From Paraphysomonas bandaiensis (Eukaryota > Protista > Chrysophyceae): DNA of 64,000 nt. The stretch's first letter is position 1, and each line of letters begins with the position of its first letter. The notes beneath the pieces were generated by a model that ran no database searches, was not told the origin of the DNA, and worked only from the letters and a program-made list of their open reading frames with translations. Positions 1 to 13,927 of the stretch are shown one piece after another. Both the position numbers and the translations under genes were made by a program. The DNA is taken from positions 248,001-312,000 of the forward strand of contig CBFFRP010000423.1 of assembly GCA_965644295.1 (NCBI GenBank). Direction: 5' to 3'.

Positions 1-2835
1 GGTGGCCTTGTATAGTAGGGTCGGGAGTATTTGTGTGTTGAGGACGAGTAGCTTGCAGTCAGGTGTCGCGCATTTGGATCGTAGAACTGCCGTGGATGTG
101 GCTATGTAGGTGGTGCACCAGCTGTGGGAGTCGGTGTCCTTTACTGAGAATGGAAGTTGTACGCCGAGATACTTGGTGGAATTGGTGGTTGTTCGGATGG
201 GGATGGGGTGTGGGCACCAGTTCCAGTCTCTTATGATGATGTGTGGGTTTGATTCTAACATGGCCGTCACCGCAAATGGGGCTCCCAGGGCAATGCATTC
301 AGTTTTGGGGATGTTTAGTTGCATTCCGGAGAAGGCGCAGAAGGATGAGAGTTTGTCGGCCTTGAGCTGAGTGGCCTCAATGGAAGTTGTGATTTGGGAG
401 AGGTCATCTGCGTACGCCTCATCTTGGCTATCATCATGTAGGTCAGACCAGCATAGGATCATGTCAAAGATGACGATCCATGCAACTGTGGATTCAGTTC
501 CACCTTGTGTGACCCCTCTCTCCGCGGAGAATCCCATGTCAGGGTGCTGGATAAAGGAGCCATCTGAGCCAAGCAGTTCTTCGAGTGATCGGGGATCGAT
601 GTTGTCGGCCATGTGTGGGGTCCAGATGAAGGTGCGACCCCCATCGTCGAGGTCGCTTAGCCATTTGATCGTGTCATCGGGGACACCAAGTCTTGCCCAT
701 GCTAATTTGAGAAGATTGGGTGCGATGGAGTCGAAGGCCTTTTGAAAGTCCCAGAAGGTGCAGAGTTTCACATGCCCGGTAAGTTTGGCCAGTTCCGTGG
801 CCGCGAGGACTCGTAGAATGGCCGTGTCCGTGCCGTGTCGCCATCGATAGCCGTGTTGCGCAGGGTGTAGGACTTCATCTTCTTCCCATATGTGGAGGAG
901 CCGGTGGGTGATGATACGGGTCATTAGTTTGCGCAAAACCTCTAGGAGCCCTATCGGTCGGAGGTTCTTTAGAGACGTGTGTCCTGGTTTTTTAAGAAGT
1001 GGCGTCATGACTCTGTCTCTCCACCAGCGTGGCACATGGCGATGGGTCCAGAGGGTTTGGAGGAGGCCTAAAACTTCAATCTTTATTTCAGGGGTCCATT
1101 TCTTTATCATGTTGGTGGTGACCATGGATGGTCCGGGCGCTTTATCCTTGGCCATCCCGTCCAGAGTGGAGTGGAACTCGCTTATTGTGATCTGCTGTCG
1201 TAGAGCGTCTTGGATCTTTTTAGCTGTGGCGGAGGTAACCTTTGTTTTGCATAGGTTTCGTAGGCCGAGCTGGTGGTGATCGGGAATGGCGGAGTGTGGA
1301 TGCAAGGGTGTGTTCATGTCGGCGCCAGCTGCGAGCTCGTGCCACCAGGTGTCGTCATGATGTAGCTTGTGGGCGACTGGGTCAAGTCCGGATGGGATGG
1401 AGTGGTGGGCTGTGAAATGTTTGTTCAGCTCGTCCTGTATGTCTATGGGGAGGGTTAGGGTGGCTCCGTCCTCTAGGGTGAGTCGGGTGAGGGGTGGCGT
1501 CTGTTTGCGCTTCAATCCTATTGTCTGAAGGACTTTTCCGATGTGTTGGAGTTCCAGGTGGGCTTGGATGGTGTGGGTCCTGTGGGTCATACGCTTCCGC
1601 ATTTCTGTTCTTGCTCTTCCTTGGAGCATTCGGGTAAGGTTATCCCGTAGGGTGTCAAAGTGTGTGCTATTGATGGTCGCAACAGTCCATGTCAGCATCT
1701 GGCGTGGATCCACGGCAGGCTTGATGATGGTGGTGGGTGGGTGGGATGGGTCCTCTGAAGCGTGGTCCAGGGCGGCTATGGTGACCTCCCATCGCTGGAG
1801 GCCTCTTCGTGTAAGACTGTAGAGACGTGTGTCATCTACATGAGGGTGGAGATAGCCGGCTCTGTTGAAAAACTTTCTCTTTAGGTAGATGACTAAGTGG
1901 AGCGCTGTTTGAATAACTCTCATTTCCGCAGAAAAGCCGTCTTTGAAGCGGGAACGTTTGCGTTGGCAGAGGTGGTGAATGCGTGTTTTCTTCGTTCTAT
2001 TTGCGCTACGGGTGTCGTGAGCCGCGTCGATGGTGATGCGATGGATTAGTGCTAGTTTGGTGGCGGCGCGGTCGGCAGGGTGTGGGTGTGCCGAGGGCTC
2101 CGGGAGGGATTGATGATGTGTGCTGAGATGCTGTTGGTATTCCTCCACCATTTCCTGATCGGCGGGATTGATGTTAAGCCTTGGCGGGATCTGAAGGTGT
2201 TGCTCCTTCGGCAGGGGGGGTCCTGTTCCACTGATGCAGAAGTCGGTCCAGACCGGTCTGTGGTCAAAGGTTGCTGCCGTGAGGGCGTCCGAGGTGTAGC
2301 ACCCGTTGCCAGAAATTTGTATGTATGTGGGAAGAGGTGTATGTAGAATGTGGTCTATTCTGGAGATTCCGCGGTCTTTCCGGAAGAAGGTGAAGTACGG
2401 GTCTTCAGTGTTTAGGGTCTGTATAAGAGGGGCTGTAAGTTGGAGGGATGTTGCTATTCCACGTAGGTCTCGCTTTCCAGCATGGCCCTCGAGAGAGGCA
2501 TTGAAGTCACCGCCTACAAGGACTGTGTGGCCGTTGGCCCTGGCTTTAACAATCCATTTTGTAAGGATGTTCGTGAGGATGGAATACGGTCGTGAGGCAC
2601 CATTTTTGGGCGTCGCTCTTCCAAAGGCTCGTAGTGATGTCCACAGTGTGCACGGGCCAGCAGTCGCAGGTTTAGGGGGTAGGTATGCTCCTATTATGGT
2701 GAGTCGGTCGTCGATGTCTGGTCTGCCAGTGTGAAATTCGATGCGAGATATGAGGCCGAGGCCCGTACAGTCAGAATTGGTATATCGGATGCGCCCTTTC
2801 CATGTTTCACTTATCACCGCGAGGGCGCCCCCCAT
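1..2835 (-). mobile_element. Non-LTR retrotransposon (LINE) pol ORF: AP endonuclease (N-terminally truncated) + reverse transcriptase, continues off the left edge
   Basis: Manual scan shows the minus frame is stop-free from ~3090 to 1; it is probably absent from the ORF track because there is no stop in the window. APE motifs: GGALAVIS, IIGAYLP, VGGDFNA (~2500), SRIDHI (~2350), FDHRPV. RT motifs: RPIGLLEVLRK, QHGYR, DFQKAFDSI (~740), RGVTQG, AYADD (~410), KYLGV (~170). Confidence 0.95.
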
Positions 2836-2844
2836 GTGTGGGTC

Positions 2845-3450
2845 AGTGGGCCAGGCGTGGTGAGCTGTGGTGCCGTGAGTTGTAAGATTTTGGTTTGTCT
2901 GTGACCCCAGTTGTTCTTGGGCGGGAGCCATACAATTGCAGCTCCTCCGTCGTGAGAATTGGGCTGTGTGTGGGTGTTGCCGAGTAGGTGAGCAGGGGTG
3001 AGGTGTGTGCGTGTGAAGGATCCATCCGTGAAGATGGCTTTGTAAGCGTATTTGTGATCGTTGTACAGTTGTAGCTGTGATTGGACTTTGTCAATATATT
3101 AGTAGCTCGGAAGTGTGGCGTAGCTGGGGAGGGAGGCTGTAATCTGATGCCTAGTTGTTGCCCCCATTGTACCAGACTGGTGATGTACGTGTTACAATCT
3201 TGGGGGGGGTGCTCGTAGCGTTGCAAGAGCGATGTGTCCTCACTCTTGGGCTGTCCTCCGAGTGTGAGGGCTCGTTCAAGAGTATGCCATTTCTGAGTCT
3301 GGGCATGGGTTGAAAATTTTCGCAGTCCAAGCCCTTTGTATTTCGGGGAAAGGTAGATAAGATCCGTGGGATATCCATGGGGGAGACGGAGTATTTTCCT
3401 AGCGGCCTCACTTATACAAGAACGGAAGTGGTGGTACCTTGGTACTTGCA
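2845..3450 (-). pseudogene. Fragment of a LINE 3' region (post-RT thumb + start of RNase H), frameshifted
   Basis: RKILRLPHGYPTDLIYLSPKYKGLGL is typical of the post-RT region. After a frameshift near 3100 it reads AIFTDGSF...GGAAIVW (RNase H N-terminal motifs) and is cut at ~2845. Confidence 0.8.
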
Positions 3451-4310
3451 GCAATGCACAAGCAGTTTTCGTAGAGTTACATATAATAGTAGGATACGAA
3501 AATTTGAACTAGTTAGATAAAGAATAGAAGTCTATCTAGCTTGACTAGTTTTCATCTTGCTACATATCTGGTGCTAATAATAAGACTTTCATATAATTTA
3601 GATCGTTGAAAGAAGTTCGTAGTAATAAAACTAGATAGACTTGATATTGAATACACAATTATCTATTGTCATGTAAAAACATATATATTATGAACAACAA
3701 CATAACAATATATTTCGCTCATGTCACTGATCAACTTCCGTATCTTGAATCGTCTTGATACAATTCTTCAGTTTCACAGCTACAGCTATATAGTATCTTT
3801 GCCTACATGTTACAGTTTTTCATATTGTATTCAATATTCAACGTATTCTACAGTTCTATGTAAGGGCAACATACGTATTCCAAGAGGCAGTGGGTTTTGA
3901 CTTCTGACATGATGTCAATATATTCTAATTGTTGGCCAATTGATTGTGGAAATATAAAGTTAAGATTCAAATTTATATTAATACGTATCATGTCATTAGC
4001 AATTAATTGCGGATAAGATTCAAAATATCAAAAGTCACGCATGGATATATAAAACGCGAAATTCGACATACAATCTTCGCCAACATTGCATTACCCACGA
4101 CAGATCTCCGCACAGCTTGAACAGAATACTGGCGATAAATACCAGCAGTAAAGAGAGACGACCTATGTGTGAGTATCAAATTATATATTGACACACACTT
4201 GGACAATGACATTAAACACAAATCTCACTCCGAATACACCCAAATACTCGATACAAAACCATAATTCCGGAAAATTTTTACACTGAAATTAAGTCTCGTA
4301 CGTATTAACC

Positions 4311-7300
4311 TCAACTACTGTCACGGGCCACCGATGATTCAGCAGCAGATAGAAAAGCCGCATCTCTTGCCCTTGCAGCGGCTAAAAAGGCCTTTTCATG
4401 AGCCTCTGCAATTGCCTTTCCCATGGCTGCTGGACTCTTTGAAGGGCTTCTCACCGGACTTCTAGAAGGAGTTTTCCGACTGTGTTTGCTACCGCCGCTG
4501 TCACGGCGTTTTATCGACCTGTACTCCTTTGAAACACGATCTGCTTCTTCTGACGCTTCTTGTGCAAGTACAGCTGCCCGATGGGCCTGGTTTTCCAATC
4601 TGGCCAGTCGAGCTTCTCGAACAGCCTTGTCACCACTGGAAGTAGATACTCCTGCGTCGCTAAACATATCTGCCCCAGCGCCTCCCATAGATATGCCAGA
4701 CCGTAGACTCGCATTGCTAGACATACGCACAAATGGCCTTTGGTTCGAAAAACCGGGGAACACAGGAGACAGACTTCCACGAGATGCACCTGACATACCC
4801 ATACCAGGTCCATGTGTATTCATGGGCATGCTCATTCCTACACCAGGAGGATACATACCCATACCCATTGGCATGCTATGTTGGGGTGCACTGGCAGCTT
4901 TGTTGTCTCCATAGTCCCAGACCGGATCTTCGTCCATAAGAGCATCTGCTATTTCCTCTGCATCATCGTCATCAAAACCAAGACTTAGTAGAAAATCTTC
5001 GTCGCGTCGCAACACTTTCTTGAGTCTCTTTATAGTTCCCTGGCCGTTCTGCACTAGTACCACCGCGTAGGATGCTGCTCGGCTAGGAACAATACCCGCT
5101 GCTTTCATGAGCCAATCAGAGAGACGCTTGCACATGATAGTGTCCTTCTCTCTGTATATCGAGCCATTAGGTCCCACTGACGATGCGTCGTCAATTGACA
5201 TACCACCTTTGCATCCATCCAGTGAGGAGAGTTTGTTGGAGAAAGCATACGAAATACGTCGCTGCATAGATGATCCTTCGAATCCCCACTGACCTGCACC
5301 TAAGGTGCCAACACCATCATCTTCTGATTCCATCGGGGGGTCTGTGTGCCCGAAACTATTACTACTCTTCGGAAGTACTCTAGGACGGCTAACACCTGGC
5401 GGATTTCTGTCACCGTTACCATCAAACGACTCCAATTCCCGCACAATTCCCTCCTCTACCCAAGCGCTAGACCCCTGAGTATCATGGACACCATTTGGCT
5501 TTCCATCTATATTGGCCTTCGATAACCGCTCTTGCAGAGCCAAAACTTGCGCTTTCGATTTCGTTAATTCCTCTGTGACATTTTGGAGCTCCCGTTGTAG
5601 CCCGTCTTTGACACGCTTAAGAGAACGCACCTCCAATTGCGAATCTTCAAGCTGTTCCTCAAGATCCATGCATTTTTTATTGGAAACTCCAAGATCGTCA
5701 CGCAGCCCCTGTATTAAATCGGAGTCGTCCGTCACATGCTTTTCTACTGTCAGTGACGTTACACCACTCCTATCGTCATCATCACTGTTGCCATCATCCT
5801 GTAATGCCTGCATAGCAGCATTCAATAGCTCAGCGCTAACATTGCTCCGAGTAGAGTCCCGTGGCTTCGTAGATCGCTGATTACTTGTGTGCTTATCTAG
5901 AGCTTTCGTGGTGAGTTCAATGTTCTCCCCACTCTCCGAAGCAAGTCGAGATACATTCTTCTGGTTCCTAAGTTCATTCTCGAGCTGAGCCACTTTCGCT
6001 TCAAGGTCGCTATTCACAGAGCGTGTTTGCTTTAATTTATCTTCTAATTCACTAACCGCTACCTCAAGTAACGCAGTCTGTTTGGACATGTCACCAGTGC
6101 TATTGGCCGTTTTCACTTCATCCAGTAGAGCTTTGTATTTTTTATCGAGAGCATCTAAAGCCCTAGTAGATTCACTAGCTTTGTTCTTCGCTGCATCGCG
6201 CTCAGCTATCAACTTCTTCGTTTCTGTTTCAAGGTCCTTTGCTAAACGTTGCTGGGTGTCCTTCTCTGCCTTGGCATCTTCCAGCTCATCAATAAGTGAC
6301 TGTACAGCACTCTCCAAAGTTTGGACTTGTTTACTAGAGTCTCCTCCTTCCGCCCTCACGGCAGCAAGGTCTTTAAGCATCTCTTGGTTCTTCTGTTCAA
6401 GCGCATGAATTTGTTTCGTGTGATCTCTCTCTGCGTTCTCCAACTGATCACGAAGAGTCTTAACAGTATCCCTTAGTTCTGCTGCCTCCGATCGGGCCTC
6501 GCCGCCATCAGCCCTTGCCGCCTCAGCCTCATCAATAAGGGTCTGTACAGCCTGTTCAAGTTTTTTGATTTGTTGCATATGCTCGCTAGACTCGCTTTTT
6601 GAGTCTTTAATTTGTTCTATCAGATTTTCGGTTGCATTTTCCAGGGACTGAACCTGAGTTTCCTTTTCAGCAATTTGCTCCATTAGTTCATCACATTGAC
6701 TCGCAGCATTCTGTGCTTCCTCCAAATCTTGCTCAAGACCCTGTATATCTCTTTTCAATGCCGACACCTGCAGTTGATACACCGCTGCCCTGTCTCTGAA
6801 GGTCATCACATCGCTGCGACAAGTGTCCAGCTCGATTTGCATTGCATCCACATAGTCGCTATTTTTGCTGCTGCTGCGATATTCCTCGAACTCCTCTTCC
6901 AATGCCTTGAGGTCATCGTCTTTCATGCGCCCTTCTTCTTCCAATGTTGCCACCCGGTCGGTAGTTCGCTTGAGTTCCTCCAAAGCCTTCGACAAGTCTT
7001 CCTGTAGTTCCGTCATCTTACTCTCCGTACCAACTAGTAGTTCCTGACGTTCCAATTCGAATTTGTTTGCGGCCTCTGCAAGCTTTTGGGCGAGTTCCTC
7101 TTTCTCCCTCATCACCTTGGCAAGACTGCGGGCCTCGACTTTCAAGTTTTTCAACAGGACACGGGCCAGTTTGCGCCTGACCATACACTGCACCCGAACT
7201 GCTGCTTTGTACTGCACACGGAGATCTCGGGTGCGCTCTCGTGTGTCGTATCCTCGTTTACAAGCTTGTATGCGCTTAATCCCATTAAGTACCATGCGGG

Positions 7301-10300
7301 CAAACCGTCGTGCTTTGAGCCCCCTCACCGTCCGCTGGATTAAAACCGCTGCATTATAGCGTCGAATCCTTTTCGTCCGAGATATAGCGAGATATGTGCG
7401 TACAGTGCACTGAATCAGCCGAACACCGTGCTGCACATGACGATACATAGTCATTGCACTGTACCGTCTGAACTCCTTTTGAATATTTGTGGCAAGCCGA
7501 CGATGGTATAGTAGCTTCTCTCGTTCGAGAAAATCAAAGGTCCTGCTGCGCATAAACACCATCGTCTTACCGTGTTGAATACCGGCCAGCATAAATTTAT
7601 CTGTCTGACCTAGGGCATCCTCAGAGGGTACAAACTGAGGGTTTGCCAAAGCGTTATCGGCGATCTTATTACATAACGCACCAGCCAATTGATGCATATT
7701 GTTGGAAGAGGAAGGTCGTTCCTTCCACCCATAAAATTCATAGCATTTCACAAATGACTCAGCTGTCATTCGTTTAGGGTATCCCGCTCGACTTACCCTC
7801 ACAGCTTCAAGTACTCCCCCGCACCTAAGCTGTCCCACCACAAGTGGTGCATCGAACTCGTCCCCAATATTGAGCGTGTTCGGCTTGAGACATCGAATGT
7901 AGTGAGGAGATGTCGTGTTGATATTGTTCATTAGCTCTTCCAATTGGCTGCGGAACTCTCCACTGAGTGTTTGAATCTTGTTGTGGCCTGCCTTCTGAAT
8001 GGAAGAAGGAGTACGAGAGAGCGAACGACTCGACACATTTCTACTGACAGTCTTATCACCCGGCGTCATTGAGGGTTGAAGTCTACCACCTCCAATCCCA
8101 GCCCCAGAAGACTCCTCCTCAATACGGAAGAAGTCAGCCAGTCCACTAACAAGCCAGCAGTTAGAAGAGCGCACGAGATGAGCTGTATCTGGTCGAACAA
8201 CATCGTGGTTCTTCTCTAGAAAGGAAACAGTGCTATACCTCACAGGACCAGCGAAGTGTTTGACAACAAATATATCGTCTGCTTTCTCCTTTGATCCGGC
8301 AAAAAACCGCTTGTGAGAGTCACATTTTTCATAGAACTTATGACATAGAGTTTTGTCGGTCGCTTTAGGAAATCTCAATTGTTCATCGCAGAGAGCAAAA
8401 AGCCCGGAACGCTTGTTCTCAAGAAGATCTAGGACATCAGAGTTATCAGGAAAGCGTATAAAGCTCCAACTGATGCCTTCCTTCTCATACAAAGCCTGCT
8501 CGTGTTTGAATACGAACTGATTAAAATGCTGCTGTAGGGTCTCATTCGTGTAATTTATGCATAGCTGTAAAAGTACATTAAAAAATGCGTATAACATATG
8601 TTATATTCACCTGCTCGAACGAGTTAATCTCAAAATTTTCAAATCCAAAAATGTCAAGTACCCCAATGAAAGCAGACCTCATCCGACTTTCGATTGCTCC
8701 TTTAGAGGACAATCGTCGAGTGAGAATAGCAGATGGAGGGGCATCTTTAGAAGATTCTTGATCCCTCGCTATCGTTCTATTAACCCTCTGTACCAGCCAA
8801 TCGAAAAGGGCACCATATATAGTCTTCGCAAACGCATCTCGGGCATACTCGGCCTCTTCAACAGATACCATCTTCTCGTACACCTTCCCAGGAGTTTTAA
8901 TAATTTTAACACAAAGCGTCTTTTCAAGTGCCTCCTCGTCTAGTTCAAGCAGAGCACAGCATGTCTGCATGTGATGCCAGCATGAAAGAGATACCTTGGA
9001 CCCATCGTCCTCACCACTTGTACCTCCAGGCTTCACATCAAACACTATGTTTCCGGCATGTAGAACAGCAGCTGACACCTGCAGCACCTTTTGCTGCTCT
9101 TCCTCTGTAAATCCAAGAACTGACATTGCTCTACGTGTGATCTTATACTGCGCTGCATCATCTACCCCATCAAGTCTATCAACCATTTCGCTCTGGTTTG
9201 TATAGTGGAAGTCCCACAAAGAGGTTAGACCAAGGACATCCAACTCGTCCTGCGAACTCCCTTTCATAATCTCATAAAAGCAATGATAATTTCTTTCTCC
9301 AACAGCCTGCCGAACCAACCGCACCTTCTCCAAAAGATATGTACGAATCGTGGCCCCAGTAATGCGAAAAGTGATATCATCCCTCCCTCTACGACAAAAG
9401 TTAATTTCGATAAACTTGCCAAAGCGTGAGCTATTGTCGTTACGAAGTGTGCGGGCATTGCCAAAGCATTCTAGAATGGGATTCGACTGTAGAACCTGGC
9501 TCTCAATACTATGAGCCTCCGCGTCTGTGGTGTCCGCGGGTGTATTCTGAGCAGTAATGTCCGCCAAATACCTCATAATAAACTTTGTGGTCTCCGTTTT
9601 TCCCTAAAGAAACAGCGCATTGAAAAATAGAAAGATTACAATAGTGCCTCTATACGTACCGCTCCACTCTCTCCACTGACTAAAATAGACTGGTTTTGTA
9701 GCTGCATATTCGACTCGCTTACAGCTCCAGCAGCTGCGATACGTGTAACATTAGCCAGTGAATGCTCCACCATACTCCGGTAGGCATCATCCGCAATCTG
9801 AAAGACATGGGGAGGAGGGCGCTTCACAATGTCCGAGTTGAACTTTGCCATCGCCCCTGCGTCTCTGTAAAGCGCAACACTCTCTTCCGAGTATATGGAC
9901 AAATTCTTGAAAGGGTTCTGAAAAAAAAATTACTGTTGTGTATGTGATCAGTGTGGAACGCACTTACCACGGCAATGAGAATAGGCCCCGTGTTGGTATA
10001 TATCAGATTTCTCTCGAATCGTTTCTTGAGACAGCAAAGTATCGAGGGTTCATGAAGGTAGCTGAGTGTAATTAGATCCTCTAAGGCTTCTACTGTCTCG
10101 TCATCGTCATCCACGTGATTGCGTAATTTAACAAACTCATACTCTTCCAAGGAACCCTCCACTGGCGCTGAGACAACCTCCAACTCGCCCCCATATCCCC
10201 CGCTGCCGTCCTCCACATCAAGTAGAAACTTTGAGTACTTCCGCATACTATTCCTTCCTCTGGGTTGAGGAGCGGCCATTATGGAGCGTACAGTTGCTTT

Positions 10301-11056
10301 GACCCAATCATCAGTTGCAGAGGGCTTCGCCCACACGTCGCACCCCTCCTCCATGGCTGTTCCAGCCAGTTGGCTCATGCGGCGACCTTTTGCAGTTGAA
10401 TAAGAGAGGGGACCGCGACCTACATCAGTGGATGGTCTCTCCTCAGCCCTCTCCCGAGCAATATGAGGTTTGTAGCCAAACAGTGTGTCATTTGTTCGGT
10501 TTCCAGTCTCATCGACATCTTCGACATCATCATCGCGAGCACCATTAATGTCAGCTTGAACAGTCGACGCCGAAGGGGGTGGGGATCGCGACATTGGTAC
10601 TGGAGAAAATGATTTAGGTGCAGAAGGGGAGACAGAGCGAGATTTCTGCTCTTCGAGGTGTTTTTCATAAGCCGACATGGGTCGTGGTGACACTGATTTC
10701 GATGTCGAAGGGATAGCACTGGCAGTGCTAGTTGATGGCATTGCATCACTTTTCGAAGCCACATCAAATTTCTTCATTGCACTTCCATTCGATACATCAG
10801 ATGTACCAGACTCATTCGTACTTTCAGTTGTATCAGCAGTATGACCATTTTCAACGGTTCCATTAGCAGGGGAGGTCCCTGATCCAAACCGTTTGGCTAT
10901 ATATGCATCAAGATGTGGGGAAAGATATTCATCTAATGTTCCATTCCTTTGAGCACGTAATAATCCTGATAAATCTTTCTTTCTAAGATTAGTAAGTACT
11001 GTAGATATCGCTTTCTTTTGATCCGCATCGGATAGTTCAGGACGAGCTGTTGACAT
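4311..11056 (-). CDS. Unconventional myosin (N-terminal extension, motor, ~5 IQ motifs, long coiled coil, C-terminal tail); 4 exons
   Basis: Motifs DLITLSYLHE, GESGA|GKTETTK, NDNSSRFGKF, GVLDIFGFE, PHYIRCLKPN, GGVLEAVRVSRAGYP; IQxxxR repeats. GT-AG introns at ~9967-9919, ~9659-9605, ~8609-8566. Confidence 0.95.
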
Positions 11057-11597
11057 CTCGATCTACAATACAAATCCAGTTGAAATTCAATATAATAATA
11101 AATCCAATAGAGTTAGATTCAATATAATACTTTAAATATCATATTAATCACTTTATTAAATTATCTTGTTAATGTTATAGTTATATGATGGTTATGGTAC
11201 TGTGAATTGATTGATATCCTCATCATACATACATACATGCATACATATACATATACATATATATATAAACGGTATTGTAGATCGTATTAACTTTCACTTC
11301 CTTATAAAATCATCGTTTATATACTATGATGGACTTTGAAGTCAGCGATTAAAAAAAATTAAAAAGGGAAAAAATAGCAAAAATGACAGTTCAATTTTTC
11401 ACTTATTTCGTTTGTGTACATGAGGGTACCTGATTATATGGGAGGGGTATGTAGCCCATTGATACGGTTGTGTACGTTGTATACGTAACCCGTTTACGAA
11501 AATTTATTTAGTAAAATTTTGTGAATTTTTTTTTCTAAAATTTGCACTTGCACTGCACCGTACGCTGAACTGCTGATGATGAGTGAATCCTATGCTT

Positions 11598-11685
11598 GAC
11601 TGTTGCTGCTGGTGGTGAGTAATATCAATATATAGCTATGTGTCCTAAGAAGGACATACGATGATCATGGCATTGTGTCATATCA
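11598..11685 (+). repeat. Dispersed direct repeat, copy 1 (copy 2 at 14456-14543)
   Basis: GACTGTTGCTGCTGGTGGTGAGTAATA...TAGCTATGTGTCC.AAGAAGGACATA...ATCATGGCATTGTGTCATATCA is shared by both copies. Confidence 0.9.
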
Positions 11686-12827
11686 TATCCACTGTAACAT
11701 GAGTAACACAATGAATATATCATAATATCAAATCAACTATCACAGTGAGGTAACGGAAAAAACAATAAACCAAACTCTCCAACATGAACTCAAGACAACT
11801 CCAAAGTGTCGATTCAGTGTGATACACAGATGTAGAGACGTCTATATTAAAGCATATCATCAAGCGGTGTATCATACAAGAGGTGTGTATATCAGAATAT
11901 CAGAGAAGGAATGTTCAGTGGGAAGGAATAAATAAACGACATGAGTGAATATGTTATCCAGACGGCATATGATACACCGGTAGGTACGTATACCTGAATT
12001 ATCTATATTTATTGTATCCTAATACTAGTGGTTCTTTTAGAACTGAAGAAAGATTCGTTGTACTCTCTTGATTTGGCTTTCACGTTCGTTGCTGTTGGTC
12101 GGGTGTCTGAAGCAAAGTTTGCTTCGTGTAATAATGCCAGGTGGACTCTGATGGACGGAGTTGAAAGTGGCTTCCATCAAAACAACGAATTTTCCCCCGA
12201 CTAGTTCTGTCTAGAAACTTGAGTAGTAGTTGCTTTTTCAATAAAAGTTTGAGATATATATCATAACAAATAGAGACAATATTCCTAGCTGGGGGAGAAA
12301 TAATGACTCGAAGTGTGGTGAAGTAGCACTATGTGAAACATGCCGATAGTTCATGTTGTGCGTGTTGTATATATGTATATAAACATTTGTTACCATATAT
12401 TTGCTCAAAGTGAGTGCTCTATACCTCTATACTGTATACGTACTATAAATAATGCTGGGATTAAAGAATGTAGTTGATTTATTATTTTTCTTATTCGCAA
12501 TTACGAAGTGTTTCATTCTTAAGATTCAAACACCCATATATATCACAGCCAGCTGTTTTACCAAATGCTCACCGCACTAAATACCGTTCTCATTCCAACT
12601 GCATGTAACATAAATTTCTTTGTGTGTAGTGAAGTGGAATGATTCAATTCAATAGTAGGCTGTAATTTCCACTACCACCCTAATAGGGAAACTTCATTCG
12701 ATGCACAAGCGAAAACAAGTTGACAATGTATTATCTTTATTTCAATGTTGTTAAGTATTAATGGATATTCAAATTCAAGCTGATCGTACAGTGTAGATAG
12801 ATATCTTCATGGCTATATTTTTGAAGC

Positions 12828-13707
12828 CTATTTCTGCGAAGCAAAAGTAATTATTTCAGTAGCCATATCCTTAGGGAAAGCATGCATCACCCAGTGTCCG
12901 CAGTCATACCCCACATGTTTGCAACCTGAGGTCTCGCTCAGCTGTTTAATGAATTTCTCGTCGTGGAACATAGTTCGCTTTTTCTTTCCGTACTACACAG
13001 CACGCTATCAGCCAGTTACATTCTAAATCACATGTATCGCTTACCATAAACAGAACAGGGCATGTAGGAAACTTTGGTTTTAGGCTTCTGCCACAAAAAG
13101 TCTCCTTCCAATATTGGTAGTACACATAGGTCATGTTAACATTCACCTCATTTCGAGGGCGCGGAAACTTTTCGTTCGGGCATATATTTAGCAATGGAAC
13201 ATAGGTTAGCAACAGCACACACATACCGAACACAACGTGGCCTATAAACTCTCCAAACAGTTGCGACACAATATAAGCGATAGCGAACCACCACTGATAC
13301 AGCAACATCAAAAACATACCCCACAATGAAATAGATGTCATCAAGCCAATATCCACTGTCACGTATTTCTTGATTTTACTAGGAAACTTGTTCTGGTACA
13401 GAAACCCAAATAAAGACCCCCAATCGTGGCCTATTAAAGTGACAGGTAACTTTTCCTTGGGTACCGCCTCCTCAATGGAATTATCCATCATATGAATGAG
13501 CTCATCGAACGTGTATCCCCATTTCTTGTAAGTGGCATCCTTCTCAAACTGAGGTATACACAACGCAATGACATAATACCTGTCTTTCAACTCTTCAACG
13601 AGTGGAGACCATCCCGATAAATGGTCATCTGGAAACCCCGCAAGAAACACGAGAGGCTCGTTGTGAGGGTCTCCCAGAGTGATGTAATCAAACTTCGTAT
13701 GACTCAT
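12828..13707 (-). CDS. Alpha/beta hydrolase, epoxide-hydrolase-like; 2 exons
   Basis: FLAGFPD oxyanion motif, GHDWG with Asp nucleophile; exon 2 (from ~12992) supplies catalytic His in DCGHWVM and stop TAG. Confidence 0.9.
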
Positions 13708-13927
13708 TATTCAGTGCTATGAAAGGTAATACAGAAGGTGATACTGTCTTCACGGGTTGGTGATTCTTGATTGACCTAATCGAGGGGTGTTTATTGTGTT
13801 GAGTGGGAAATCTTCTTGATATAGCACCAAACTAAAGGAACGAGAGCGAAATATGACACATACGATAAGATCATATCTAGTCACCCATTGGACATACACT
13901 CCTTCGTACCTATATACATCCCGTACC

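Noticed and set aside
110-2734. Multiple plus-strand ORFs over the LINE, and similar antisense ORFs over myosin, SPAG1 and VPS11
   Set aside because: They are shadows of the real minus-strand coding frames.
3527-3642. 12-bp inverted repeat AAGTCTATCTAG/CTAGATAGACTT ~115 bp apart
   Set aside because: Too short and AT-rich, with no clear TSD; cannot be called a MITE.
12040-12205. Frame reading TFVAVGRV, reminiscent of PIF1/Helitron helicase motif VI
   Set aside because: A single weak motif with no other helicase motifs nearby.
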